Source of the DNA: a bacterium
GTDB lineage: Bacteria > SM23-31
DNA: 64,000 nucleotides
Assembly (NCBI GenBank): GCA_965249485.1
Contig: OZ252239.1
Location: 736,001-800,000 of the forward strand
Reading direction: 5' to 3'
Part shown: positions 32,564 through 41,553 of the stretch, in pieces
How the letters are laid out: each line of letters opens with the position of its first letter
How positions within the stretch are numbered: the first letter of the stretch is position 1
Notes under the pieces: model-generated
What the model was told of the DNA's origin: nothing
The model's input: the letters and a program-made list of their open reading frames with translations, nothing else
Databases searched by the model: none
Made by a program: the position numbers and the translations under genes

Positions 32564-33454
32564 ATGCCGAAAAATGGCCAAACCATTTCAGCAGAGTTTC
32601 CGTTTGAATCAAAGTTTGTTGATGTCCATGACTCAAAAATTCATTATATCGATGAAGGTGCCGGTGACCCGATTTTATTTCTGCACGGCAATCCGACCTC
32701 GTCATATTTATGGAGAAACATCATTCCGTTTCTACAGCCGTTGGGACGGTGTATTGCACCGGACCTGATTGGTATGGGTAAATCGGATAAACCCGATATC
32801 GACTACAAATTTTTCGATCATGTCAAATACATTGAAGGATTTATCGAAAAACTCGATCTCAAAAATATCACGTTTGTGATTCATGACTGGGGCTCGGCAC
32901 TCGGGTTTCATTATGCAATGCGGAACGAGATGAATGTGAGGGGACTTGCATTCATGGAGGCGATTCTTATGCCGATTCCCGATCTCCAATCGATGCCTGC
33001 TGATTACCGTGAGATGTTTCAGCAGTTCAGGGCTATCGATGTTGGTTGGGAACTGATCGTGACTCAAAATATTTTTATCGAACAGGTCCTTCCGGGTGCG
33101 ACCGTCAGGACATTAAGTGATGATGAAATGAACTATTATCGACAGCCATTTCTCGAACCTTCGAGCCGTAAGCCGCTTTGGCGGTGGCCGAATGAAATTC
33201 CCATTGCTGGTAATCCGAAAGACGTAACCGAAGCGGTAATGCAGTATCATGCAAAACTGCTGCAATCAGAATTGCCGAAATTATTGATTTATGCCACGCC
33301 AGGTGCAATTATTACTGAGCCGGTTGTTGACCAGTGCCGCAGAAGCTTCAGAAATTTTAAATCGGTAAACATCGGTCAAGGGATCCATTACCTACAGGAA
33401 GATAATCCCGCCCGCATAGGTTTTGAACTTGCACAATGGTATAATACATTATAA
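32564..33454 (+). CDS. dhaA: Haloalkane dehalogenase
   Basis: LHGNPTSSYLWR, APDLIGMG.SDKP, HDWG, WPNEIP, HYLQED. Confidence 0.92.
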   Translation: MPKNGQTISAEFPFESKFVDVHDSKIHYIDEGAGDPILFLHGNPTSSYLWRNIIPFLQPLGRCIAPDLIGMGKSDKPDIDYKFFDHVKYIEGFIEKLDLKNITFVIHDWGSALGFHYAMRNEMNVRGLAFMEAILMPIPDLQSMPADYREMFQQFRAIDVGWELIVTQNIFIEQVLPGATVRTLSDDEMNYYRQPFLEPSSRKPLWRWPNEIPIAGNPKDVTEAVMQYHAKLLQSELPKLLIYATPGAIITEPVVDQCRRSFRNFKSVNIGQGIHYLQEDNPARIGFELAQWYNTL

Positions 33455-33503
33455 TGATTATTGCGACAAAAATGAATGATGGCATGAAGATAAAGGCTGA
33501 TGT

Positions 33504-34094
33504 ATGAAAATTTCGTTGAAGGAAAAACTGCTTGATACAGCACAGCACCTTATGCAGTCAAAAGGATTTACCGCAACAACAATAGATGAAATCTGCGAGC
33601 AAGCCGGTATATCGAAGGGTGGTTTTTTTCACCATTTTAAGAGCAAAGAAGATCTTGCACAACAGACACTTGACTATTTTATCGGGACGATGCAGTCGAT
33701 CACTGCCAAGGCACATTATCTGAAACGGACTGACCCGCTCCAGCGAGTGTATGGATATATCGATTTTATTGTTAAAATGTCCAAACATCCGGTTTTCAGA
33801 AACGGATGCTTACTCGGTAGTTTTTCTCAAGAATTGGCAGACACAAATCCTCGCATCCGGGAACAATGTTCACATCATTTCACCGAGTGGGTCAACATAT
33901 TCAGAACAGAAATTGAAAATGCACGCGCCCAGATAAAACCGAAAGCGGTATTCAATGCAAGAGGACTTGCAGAACAAATGATCATTACATTAGAAGGCGC
34001 GCTCATCCTTGCAAAAGCAAAAAATGACATAAGCATGGTCGAAAAAAGTATGCGGCACTTCAAGAAATATCTCGACTACCTTTTCCAGAAATGA
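33504..34094 (+). CDS. TetR/AcrR family regulator (NemR-like)
   Basis: N-terminal HTH (GF..TT.DEI...G.SKG.F.HHF.SKE); GCLLG in the C-terminal domain. Confidence 0.9.
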   Translation: MKISLKEKLLDTAQHLMQSKGFTATTIDEICEQAGISKGGFFHHFKSKEDLAQQTLDYFIGTMQSITAKAHYLKRTDPLQRVYGYIDFIVKMSKHPVFRNGCLLGSFSQELADTNPRIREQCSHHFTEWVNIFRTEIENARAQIKPKAVFNARGLAEQMIITLEGALILAKAKNDISMVEKSMRHFKKYLDYLFQK

Positions 34095-34191
34095 TGCTAC
34101 AAAACTACATAAATCATAATTAATCCGAATATACTACTCATTCAGTGAACCATTCAATGCAACCTTATCAAACAAAGGAAAGGATATAGAA

Positions 34192-34554
34192 ATGGCTAAT
34201 CCATTTTGTCATATAGAACTTCATTCGAGTGATACTGAAGCATCGAAGAAATTTTACGGAGAACTGTTTGGCTGGGAATTGGAAGATATGCCTGCCGGGG
34301 ATTCAACCTACACATTCATCAAAGTTGGTGAAGGTACAGGCGGCGGTATTACCCGCAATATGGCTCCTGAGGGGACACCTCCCCATTGGCTTGCCTATAT
34401 TCAGGTCGATGATATCGATGCATCCGTCGCAAAAGCGAAAGAGCTTGGCGCAACCATCCTTCAGGAACCGATGAAGGTGATGGAATATGGGGTATTGAGT
34501 GTTATTCAGGACCCCTCCGGAGCAGTGTTTGCAATGTGGAAAGCGAACCAATAA
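34192..34554 (+). CDS. VOC/glyoxalase family protein
   Basis: HIEL, FYGELFGW, W..Y..VDD, DPSGA. Confidence 0.88.
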   Translation: MANPFCHIELHSSDTEASKKFYGELFGWELEDMPAGDSTYTFIKVGEGTGGGITRNMAPEGTPPHWLAYIQVDDIDASVAKAKELGATILQEPMKVMEYGVLSVIQDPSGAVFAMWKANQ

Positions 34555-34566
34555 TGTCAAGAAAGG

Positions 34567-35082
34567 TTGAACATGAGTGCAAAACCAGCATCAAAATATC
34601 CGCATTATGACCGGATTCAGGCACACCACTGCGGGTTAGGTGATATTCCGAAAAGCGATGACGGCTATTTTGAAAAAATGATCATGATAATATTCAGATC
34701 GGGTCTGAATTGGAGTGTAATCGAAAAAAAATGGCCCAACTTTGTTGAGGCATTTGTCAACTTTTCTGTTGATAAAGTAGCAGAGTTCGATGTACCCGAT
34801 ATCGACAGGCTGATGGAGGATCAGGGAATTGTCAGAAACTACAGGAAAATCGAAAGTACCGTGAAAAATGCCAGAGAATTTCAGGCGATTAAAAAGGAGT
34901 TCGGTTCATTCGGTGCTTATCTTGATTCCGTCAGCAAAGAAGGTGAAGAGGAACTCTGTAAACAGATCAGTAAACGGTTTGCACATATGGGAAAATCGAC
35001 ATCCATGATGTTCCTCAAATCAGTCGGCCTCGAAATGCCTGAAATGACCCGTTACTGGATGGAAAAGCAGAGAATGGTATAG
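34567..35082 (+). CDS. DNA-3-methyladenine glycosylase I (Tag)-like protein
   Basis: FE......F.SGL.W.....K...F..AF..F; IVRN..KI.S...NA. Confidence 0.75.
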   Translation: MNMSAKPASKYPHYDRIQAHHCGLGDIPKSDDGYFEKMIMIIFRSGLNWSVIEKKWPNFVEAFVNFSVDKVAEFDVPDIDRLMEDQGIVRNYRKIESTVKNAREFQAIKKEFGSFGAYLDSVSKEGEEELCKQISKRFAHMGKSTSMMFLKSVGLEMPEMTRYWMEKQRMV

Positions 35083-35124
35083 CGTCCTCCCGAAAATAAT
35101 TCAGATAGGTACACATCTTTTTTC

Positions 35125-35172
35125 TTGACAATGGGAAATTGAGTGATTATATTTAACCATATGGTTAAATAT
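35125..35172 (+). promoter_or_regulatory. Sigma70 promoter with perfect 24-bp ArsR operator palindrome
   Basis: TTGACA(35125)-17 bp-TATATT; ATATTTAACCATATGGTTAAATAT at 35149-35172. Confidence 0.8.
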
Positions 35173-35502
35173 TCTACCAACACACTCAATGCAACATTCG
35201 GAGCACTTGCCGATCCGACCCGGAGAGCAATACTGCAGCGTCTTGCAGGCGGTGAACAAACCGTTATGGAACTTGCAGTACCGTTTGAAATGTCTCTCCC
35301 TGCTGTGTCCAAGCATCTCCGGGTTCTTGAACATGCCGGACTTTTGATTCAGATAAAGGATGGCAGGATCCGTCGGTGCCGTCTTGTTGCGAAACCGATG
35401 AAAGAAGCGTCAAAATGGATTGAACACTACAAAACGTTCTGGGAAGCACAGTTCGATTCATTAGAGCAGTTCTTCATCAAAAACCAAAAAAAGGATAAAT
35501 AA
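35161..35502 (+). CDS. ArsR/SmtB family regulator
   Basis: F.ALADPTRR.IL, AVSKHL.VLE.AGL, GR; likely start at ATG 35161. Confidence 0.9.
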   Translation: MVKYSTNTLNATFGALADPTRRAILQRLAGGEQTVMELAVPFEMSLPAVSKHLRVLEHAGLLIQIKDGRIRRCRLVAKPMKEASKWIEHYKTFWEAQFDSLEQFFIKNQKKDK

Positions 35503-35503
35503 A

Positions 35504-35956
35504 ATGGACGCAACCATAAATATCTCCGATACATCACTCCAATTGAAGAGGACATTTCCGGTACCCTGCGAAAAAGTTTTTGATGCCTGGAAAGATCCCG
35601 AAAAACTCCGGCAATGGTTCGGCCCGAATAAATTTACTGTACCCGAAATTGAGGTCGATTTCCGTGTTGGTGGGTCCTATAGTGTTATTATGCAGTCACC
35701 TGAAGGTGAACAACACCATGTGGCCGGTTCATATCAGGAGATTATCGAAAACAAAAAGATTGTCAAGACATGGATTTGGCAAAATGGTGCAATGGCAGGA
35801 GTAGAGACGACGGTTACGATTGAGTTTAATGCACTCGATGATAATACCGAAGTTGTTCTGACACATGAAGGATTTCCGAATGAGGACGCTGCCGGCCATC
35901 ACAATAAAGGCTGGACAAGTATTTATGATAATCTCGAACAGTTTTGCAAACAATGA
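35504..35956 (+). CDS. SRPBCC/AHA1 domain protein
   Basis: VF.AW.DPE...W, DFRVGG, L.HE, H..GW; typical pairing with ArsR. Confidence 0.88.
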   Translation: MDATINISDTSLQLKRTFPVPCEKVFDAWKDPEKLRQWFGPNKFTVPEIEVDFRVGGSYSVIMQSPEGEQHHVAGSYQEIIENKKIVKTWIWQNGAMAGVETTVTIEFNALDDNTEVVLTHEGFPNEDAAGHHNKGWTSIYDNLEQFCKQ

Positions 35957-35959
35957 CAG

Positions 35960-36392
35960 GTGCAAATAATGCCGGAAATACTCCATAAGCTACTGATCAA
36001 AAGACCACCCGAAGTGGTATATGAAGCGATCACAACACAGGACGGTTTGGCCTCCTGGTGGACACGGGATTGTGTTGCTGTTCCCGAAGAAGGTTCGGTC
36101 GCTGAGTTCTATTTTGATAACAGATCTGATTTCGGAAAGATGAAAATTACGAAACTCGAAAAGGATACTTGCGTATCCTGTGGTCTGTATCGACAGTGTT
36201 GATGAGTGGAAAGGCACCACAATTGTTTTTAAATTGTCTTCTCATACTAAAGGATCAATGCTTTTCTTTTCTCATAACGAGTGGAAATCAACCGAAGGAA
36301 TATTCCCTAACTGTAATTATGACTGGGCACGGTATCTTCTAAGTCTAAAAAAATATTGTGAAACGGGGATTGGGGAACCACATCCAGGTTAA
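35960..36392 (+). pseudogene. SRPBCC domain protein split by a +1 insertion
   Basis: Removing the T at about 36181 joins ORFs 35960-36202 and 36180-36392, giving ...VSWVCIDSVDEWKGT...WARYL.SLK.Y.ETG. Confidence 0.75.
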
Positions 36393-36487
36393 CTATAAAC
36401 GAAAGATTATTTTATAGCAGTCATACCAATTAATCGATCATCACTAAAACCGCGTTTAATACAATAAAACGATAGAGGAGGAATCCT

Positions 36488-36682
36488 ATGTATACTGTAT
36501 CGTGTCGTGATTTAGGCGGAGACTGTGACCATACTGTCTCCGGTAACACAATTGATGAAACAAAACAGGCAATGTGGAAGCATGCACAGGAAGACCATGC
36601 CGATAAGATCGCTACGCTTTCCGATGATCAGAAAAATGGTATGGAAATGAAACTTACAAACATCCTGAGTGCACAATCCTGA
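36488..36682 (+). CDS. DUF1059-like small metal-binding protein
   Basis: SCRDLGGDC and HA..DH motifs; GAGGAGG RBS. Confidence 0.8.
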   Translation: MYTVSCRDLGGDCDHTVSGNTIDETKQAMWKHAQEDHADKIATLSDDQKNGMEMKLTNILSAQS

Positions 36683-36817
36683 AACCATAAATTTATTCCG
36701 GTGCGAAACGGTCATAGAAGACTATTTCGCGCCGGTCAATTGTGTTCCATCGGGAACTCTGTTACTCAACGTTCTGTTATGATGATTAGAAACAATCGCG
36801 GGGCAGAGAGGACAAAA

Positions 36818-36928
36818 ATGGCAGCACTCCTGAAAAAAATCCGAAAATCTTTCTTTTCAATCATAAAATTTCTGCGCCAGCCTGCAAAAATGCGGCACCA
36901 GTCCGATGACATATCCTGCGGATGCTGA
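36818..36928 (+). CDS. Putative 36-aa peptide ending in SCGC
   Basis: GAGAGGA RBS before ATG 36818; MAALLKKIRKSFFSIIKFLRQPAKMRHQSDDISCGC. Confidence 0.35.
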   Translation: MAALLKKIRKSFFSIIKFLRQPAKMRHQSDDISCGC

Positions 36929-37051
36929 GCATATTCATATAATATATCTGCTAATTTCCTCTTGACTCTTATCAAAATAACCCGTAGCATAAAGCGTTTT
37001 TGATTCCATGCTGCAGACCACTGTCACTTTCACGCAACGATAGGAGGCACA

Positions 37052-37423
37052 ATGCAGGCATTAACAACAATAGTTGCAAGAATTCTTTACGGTCTGCCGA
37101 TGATCATCTTCGGCATTTTTCATTTTATGGCCGTCGGCGACATGGCTGGAATGATTCCCATTCCGGGAGGCATATTCTGGGTTTATCTGACGGGAGTAGC
37201 GCTCATCCTCGCCGGAATAGCCATTATCATCAAAAACAGGGGACGGCTTGCGTGCCTGCTTCTGGCGCTCATGATCGGAATTTTTACTCTCGCGATCCAT
37301 ATACCGGGCATTCTTGACCCCAACACAATGCAGATGGAGATGATGAACGCTCTGAAAAATTTGATCATGATCGGCGGTGCATTGGGTTTTGCCCACATTT
37401 TTGAAGGAGAAAGTAAATCGTAG
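37052..37423 (+). CDS. DoxX family membrane protein
   Basis: Four TM helices; FG..HF, H, KNL...GGAL. Confidence 0.82.
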   Translation: MQALTTIVARILYGLPMIIFGIFHFMAVGDMAGMIPIPGGIFWVYLTGVALILAGIAIIIKNRGRLACLLLALMIGIFTLAIHIPGILDPNTMQMEMMNALKNLIMIGGALGFAHIFEGESKS

Positions 37424-37452
37424 ATAGAGCAAATACTGGTGAAAGGTCTTAC

Positions 37453-37489
37453 AAATAAGGGGCGGTGTACAATGTACCGCCTCTTATTT
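37453..37489. terminator. Bidirectional intrinsic terminator between doxX and copA
   Basis: AAATAAGGGGCGGT...ACCGCCTCTTATTT. Confidence 0.75.
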
Positions 37490-37514
37490 ATTATTAATCA
37501 GTGTAAATATGTCG

Positions 37515-39950
37515 TTACATTTTGAATTGCTTCATCGATAGAGAATTGCTCACCACCGATATTGAACTCATCGCCATCGCCGCCGCAGCGATCATCGGAT
37601 TGAGAAGAAATCCGGTTAGAGGATAAAGGACTCCCGCAGCAACAGGAATACCAATAATATTGTAGATAAACGCAAAAAAAAGGTTTTGTTTGATTTTTTT
37701 CATAGTGTATGAACTCAAAGTGAGCGCACGGCCGACATCGGTTACATTGTCTTTGATGAGAACAATATCCCCCGTTTCGATCGCAACATCAGTACCCGAT
37801 CCGAGAGCTATGCCGACATCTGCCTGAGCCAGAGCCGGTGCATCATTGATTCCGTCACCTGCCATAGCCACAGTGTGTCCCTTCTCCTGCAATTGCTTGA
37901 TTACCTCCGCTTTCTCCTCAGGCAGCACTTCCGCAATGACCGTATCGATTCCGACTTCACGGGCAATTGCGTTTACCGTCAGTTTATTGTCTCCCGACAA
38001 TAGGACAACATCGATATTACTGTCACGCAGTATTTTGACAGCAACTGCAGCATCGTCTTTGATGGTATCGGCAACCGCAATAATTCCGGCTGCTTCATTG
38101 TTAACACCGAGTACCATGACGGTTTTTCCGTCAGATTCTAACCGGGAAATCTCCGAATGAAGGACATTGGTATTCAACGTGTGCTGCTCCAGGAAATGAT
38201 TATTGCCGAGCAAAATATCATTATCCTTATAATGTGCCTGTATTCCCATCCCCGGAACTGCGGTAAATTCAGATGCAGAACCAAATGTTATTCCTGATTG
38301 TTCTGCTTTTCTGACAACCGATTCTGCCAGCGGATGCTCAGAATTTTTTTCGACAGCCGCTGCAATTTCCAACAGTTCATCCTCGGTCATTTCGTTTATC
38401 GGAATCAGATCGGTTACCTCCGGATGTCCCTGTGTCAGCGTCCCTGTTTTGTCAAAAACAACGGTTGTGATTTTATGTGCCGTTTCAAGCGCTTCACCAT
38501 TTTTAACTTGTATTCCATACTCTGCTCCCTTGCCAGTACCTACCATGATTGCTGTCGGTGTAGCGAGCCCAAGCGCACAGGGGCAGGCAATTATCAACAC
38601 CGATACAAAATTAACGAGTGCAAAGATCAAAGATGGTTCCGGACCAAACGTGTACCAAATAAGAAATGTCATTCCGGCGATTCCGAATACGACCGGAACA
38701 AAGATAGATGCAACTTTGTCCGACAGTCGCTGAATCGGTGCTTTGCTTCCCTGAGCTTGTTCAACGAGTTTGATGATCTGAGCAAGCAGTGTGTCGCTTC
38801 CGACTTTCAACGCCTTAACACGGAGAGCACCGTTCTTATTGATTGTGGCGGCGATAACGGAATCACCTTCGCTTTTTTCGACCGGAATCGGTTCACCTGT
38901 CACCATCGATTCATCCACTGTTGAACGGCCGCTCAGCACAATGCCATCCGCTGGGAACTTCTGTCCCGGCTTTACAAGAACAATATCATCAACCAGCACA
39001 TTTTCAATTGGTACCAGCTGTTCCTTTCCGTCCCGCTCAACATACGCTGTCTGTGCCTGCAGTCCCATAAGCTTTTTGATAGCTTCCGACGTTTTTCCTT
39101 TTGCTCGTGCTTCGAGGAATCTGCCGAATAAAATAAGCGTAATAATAACCGCTGCCGTATCATAATAGACAGCCTGCGATACTTCAGGAATCCACTGCGG
39201 CACAAACGTCACAATCGTACTAAAAAAATATGCTGCACTTGTCCCGAATGCAATCAGAGTGTTCATATCGGCCCTACCATATTTGAAAAGGCTTCTGAGC
39301 CCACGATAAAAGCGCTTCCCGCCATAGAATTGCACCGGTGTTGTCAAAAGAAATAAAATGTATAATACAGTCTGCCGTTCAATGTCTGCAAGCAGGGGGA
39401 TAAAGGTGTGAAAACTGAATAAGAGGATAATAACGGTCAAGATACTACTAATAAGAAGGGTATTTTTAAGTGTGTTGATTTCACGATTTTGTGCTGTTTG
39501 TTGAGTGTTTTCGGATGAGTCGTATTCTATAGCCGTATACCCGGCTTCCTCAATCGCCTTTTTGATTTCGGTACTCGTTAGAACAATAGGTTCGTATTGT
39601 ATGGTGGCTAAACTGTTACCGTATGATACCGAAACAGATTCAATGCCAGGTAAGTCTTCGAGAGATCTGCGGATAACTCCTTCGCAGTGCGACGATTCCA
39701 TGCCGATGATTTTGAAGGAGAGTTTTCCGGAAAGTAAATCAGAAGGTGCGGGAGTATATCCGGCATCTTTAATCGCTTTGACCAGTGTGGTCAGATCACA
39801 TATTGTTTCATCGTAGCGAACCGTTGCCTTAACTGTCGCAAGATTAACACTTGCCTCTTCCACACCGGGCACATTATTCAGTGCTTTTTCGATTACGGAA
39901 ACACACGATGCGCAATGCATGTCCTGGATGACAAATTCCTGAACAGCCAT
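37515..39950 (-). CDS. copA: Copper-translocating P1B-1 ATPase
   Basis: MHCASC HMA plus a second, degenerate [26 protein letters not shown] and MAMSS motifs. Confidence 0.95.
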   Translation of the reverse strand: MAVQEFVIQDMHCASCVSVIEKALNNVPGVEEASVNLATVKATVRYDETICDLTTLVKAIKDAGYTPAPSDLLSGKLSFKIIGMESSHCEGVIRRSLEDLPGIESVSVSYGNSLATIQYEPIVLTSTEIKKAIEEAGYTAIEYDSSENTQQTAQNREINTLKNTLLISSILTVIILLFSFHTFIPLLADIERQTVLYILFLLTTPVQFYGGKRFYRGLRSLFKYGRADMNTLIAFGTSAAYFFSTIVTFVPQWIPEVSQAVYYDTAAVIITLILFGRFLEARAKGKTSEAIKKLMGLQAQTAYVERDGKEQLVPIENVLVDDIVLVKPGQKFPADGIVLSGRSTVDESMVTGEPIPVEKSEGDSVIAATINKNGALRVKALKVGSDTLLAQIIKLVEQAQGSKAPIQRLSDKVASIFVPVVFGIAGMTFLIWYTFGPEPSLIFALVNFVSVLIIACPCALGLATPTAIMVGTGKGAEYGIQVKNGEALETAHKITTVVFDKTGTLTQGHPEVTDLIPINEMTEDELLEIAAAVEKNSEHPLAESVVRKAEQSGITFGSASEFTAVPGMGIQAHYKDNDILLGNNHFLEQHTLNTNVLHSEISRLESDGKTVMVLGVNNEAAGIIAVADTIKDDAAVAVKILRDSNIDVVLLSGDNKLTVNAIAREVGIDTVIAEVLPEEKAEVIKQLQEKGHTVAMAGDGINDAPALAQADVGIALGSGTDVAIETGDIVLIKDNVTDVGRALTLSSYTMKKIKQNLFFAFIYNIIGIPVAAGVLYPLTGFLLNPMIAAAAMAMSSISVVSNSLSMKQFKM

Positions 39951-40025
39951 AACGATCTCACAATTTATTATTAGAGTATCTCAAATAAATATAAGGAATT
40001 ATTGACGATAATTAAACCGGATAAA

Positions 40026-40160
40026 TTATATTTTCCTACTGAAGGCAAATTCCTTGTCCATAGTGTAGATAACCGGTAGAACGATCAATGTCAGGATAGT
40101 CGGTGACACAATGCCGCCAGCCATCGGCACGGCGGTCCATTTTCAGACGTGCAATCCTGC
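40026..40160 (-). pseudogene. Remnant 3' end of a cusA paralog
   Basis: AGLHV*KWTAVPMAGGIVSPTILTLIVLPVIY aligns to the CusA C-terminus AGSQVWKRIAAPMIGGIVTSTILTLVVIPVIY. Confidence 0.85.
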
Positions 40161-40164
40161 CAAT

Positions 40165-41427
40165 CTACTTCACAAAGGTAACTTTTTTCGAAATTATTCG
40201 GTCTTGTGATTTTAAAACTATTAACTAGACCACTCCGGCAGCAACGTTTCCCGAATCCGTTTTACCGTTCCACTTGACTGTGTGGATACCCTGTCCAAAC
40301 TTATTCTCAGTTATTGTACTCACGAGCTGTCCGGTAACGTTAAAGATCTGTATAGAAACATCTGTCTGTTTTGCGAGAGAAAATTGTATTGAGACCGATG
40401 GATTAAACGGATTGGGGTACGCTTCGATAAGACCAAAATCTTCGGGAATAATAACATTTTCAGACTCATCTATATTGGTTACTAATCCTTTGAACACAGC
40501 TACATAATCATACACCTCGGAAGATACGAGAGAAAAATTATTTTTGTCACTATTGTGTTCAATAGAGCCATTGAACGGTATCCAAGCATTTGTATTCCCA
40601 TCCCAATAGCAGAGAATCAATTCATCATCTTGTATAGACAGACTGTCGAGTAAGTTTTGACTGTAATGAAATCTTTGGGTTATACCCGTCTCAAAATCCA
40701 TGTGACCGGAGCCCCAATGTCCCATATGACCTCCCATAATATGTCCACCTCAGTTACCATGCATCATATCATTGCCGGATTCATTGATAAATTCAAAATG
40801 ATACCCGAGTACCATCTCACGGTCGGGACTTTCAGGCATGAGGTCTAATGGCAGCCTGTTCATATCGACAAAATATTTGTTTCCCCACATACCTCCAAAA
40901 CCCATATGTCCCGGTGGAAAATTGATAAAACTTGCGCTATCAACCGGACAATATATGTAAGTGGAATCAGTTATTACTCTATCAATCCAACTTCCCGACC
41001 AATGGTTCCCTTCGGAGAGATCCCGCCAAATAGCACCATTTAACTCCTCGACGATAATAACCACGTAACCGTTAAATGAATCATGGACTTTGCCGGATAC
41101 AGTTATTGATTCCCCATGATTGGGACAGTTAATCGTTTCTGGTGTATACCACCATGGTCCGAAAGCAAGCATGTAGTCGGTGTTTAAATCAAGATTTGTG
41201 TCGAGAAAATAGTGAGGCATAAATCCATTTTGCTCAATAATTACGGATCCGGAAACAGTCGTATCCGGCAAGTTCTCTCCAAAGAAATAGTTATATCCAT
41301 TTTCATGAATACCGCTGCTATGCTGTGGCTCAAAATGGTATTCAGACTCCTGAGCTCCAGCAGTAGTCGCTAATAAACAAATACAGATAACTGTAACAGA
41401 TATGGCCCTTTGTATTGCGAGTAACAT
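40165..41427 (-). pseudogene. Secreted Met/His/Gly-rich protein with FlgD/T9SS-like C-terminal domain, with two in-frame stops
   Basis: One frame interrupted by TGA (40750-40752) and TAG (40225-40227); signal peptide; YPNPFNP...WNG...GVV*LIVLK...KKVTFVK*. Confidence 0.75.
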
Positions 41428-41553
41428 TGTATTGCTCTTTCTTAAATAATAGACGTAAAGTCAAAGCCTCATAATAGTTTGATTCATCAAATTTAAATTA
41501 GTTACACACTTCAGAAAGATAAATTAACATATCTACTTGTGACAAATGAATTA

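Noticed and set aside
39660..39730. Second CopA HMA domain reading GMESSHC as a sign of decay
   Set aside because: The gene is otherwise intact with all catalytic motifs, and degenerate secondary HMA motifs are not unusual.
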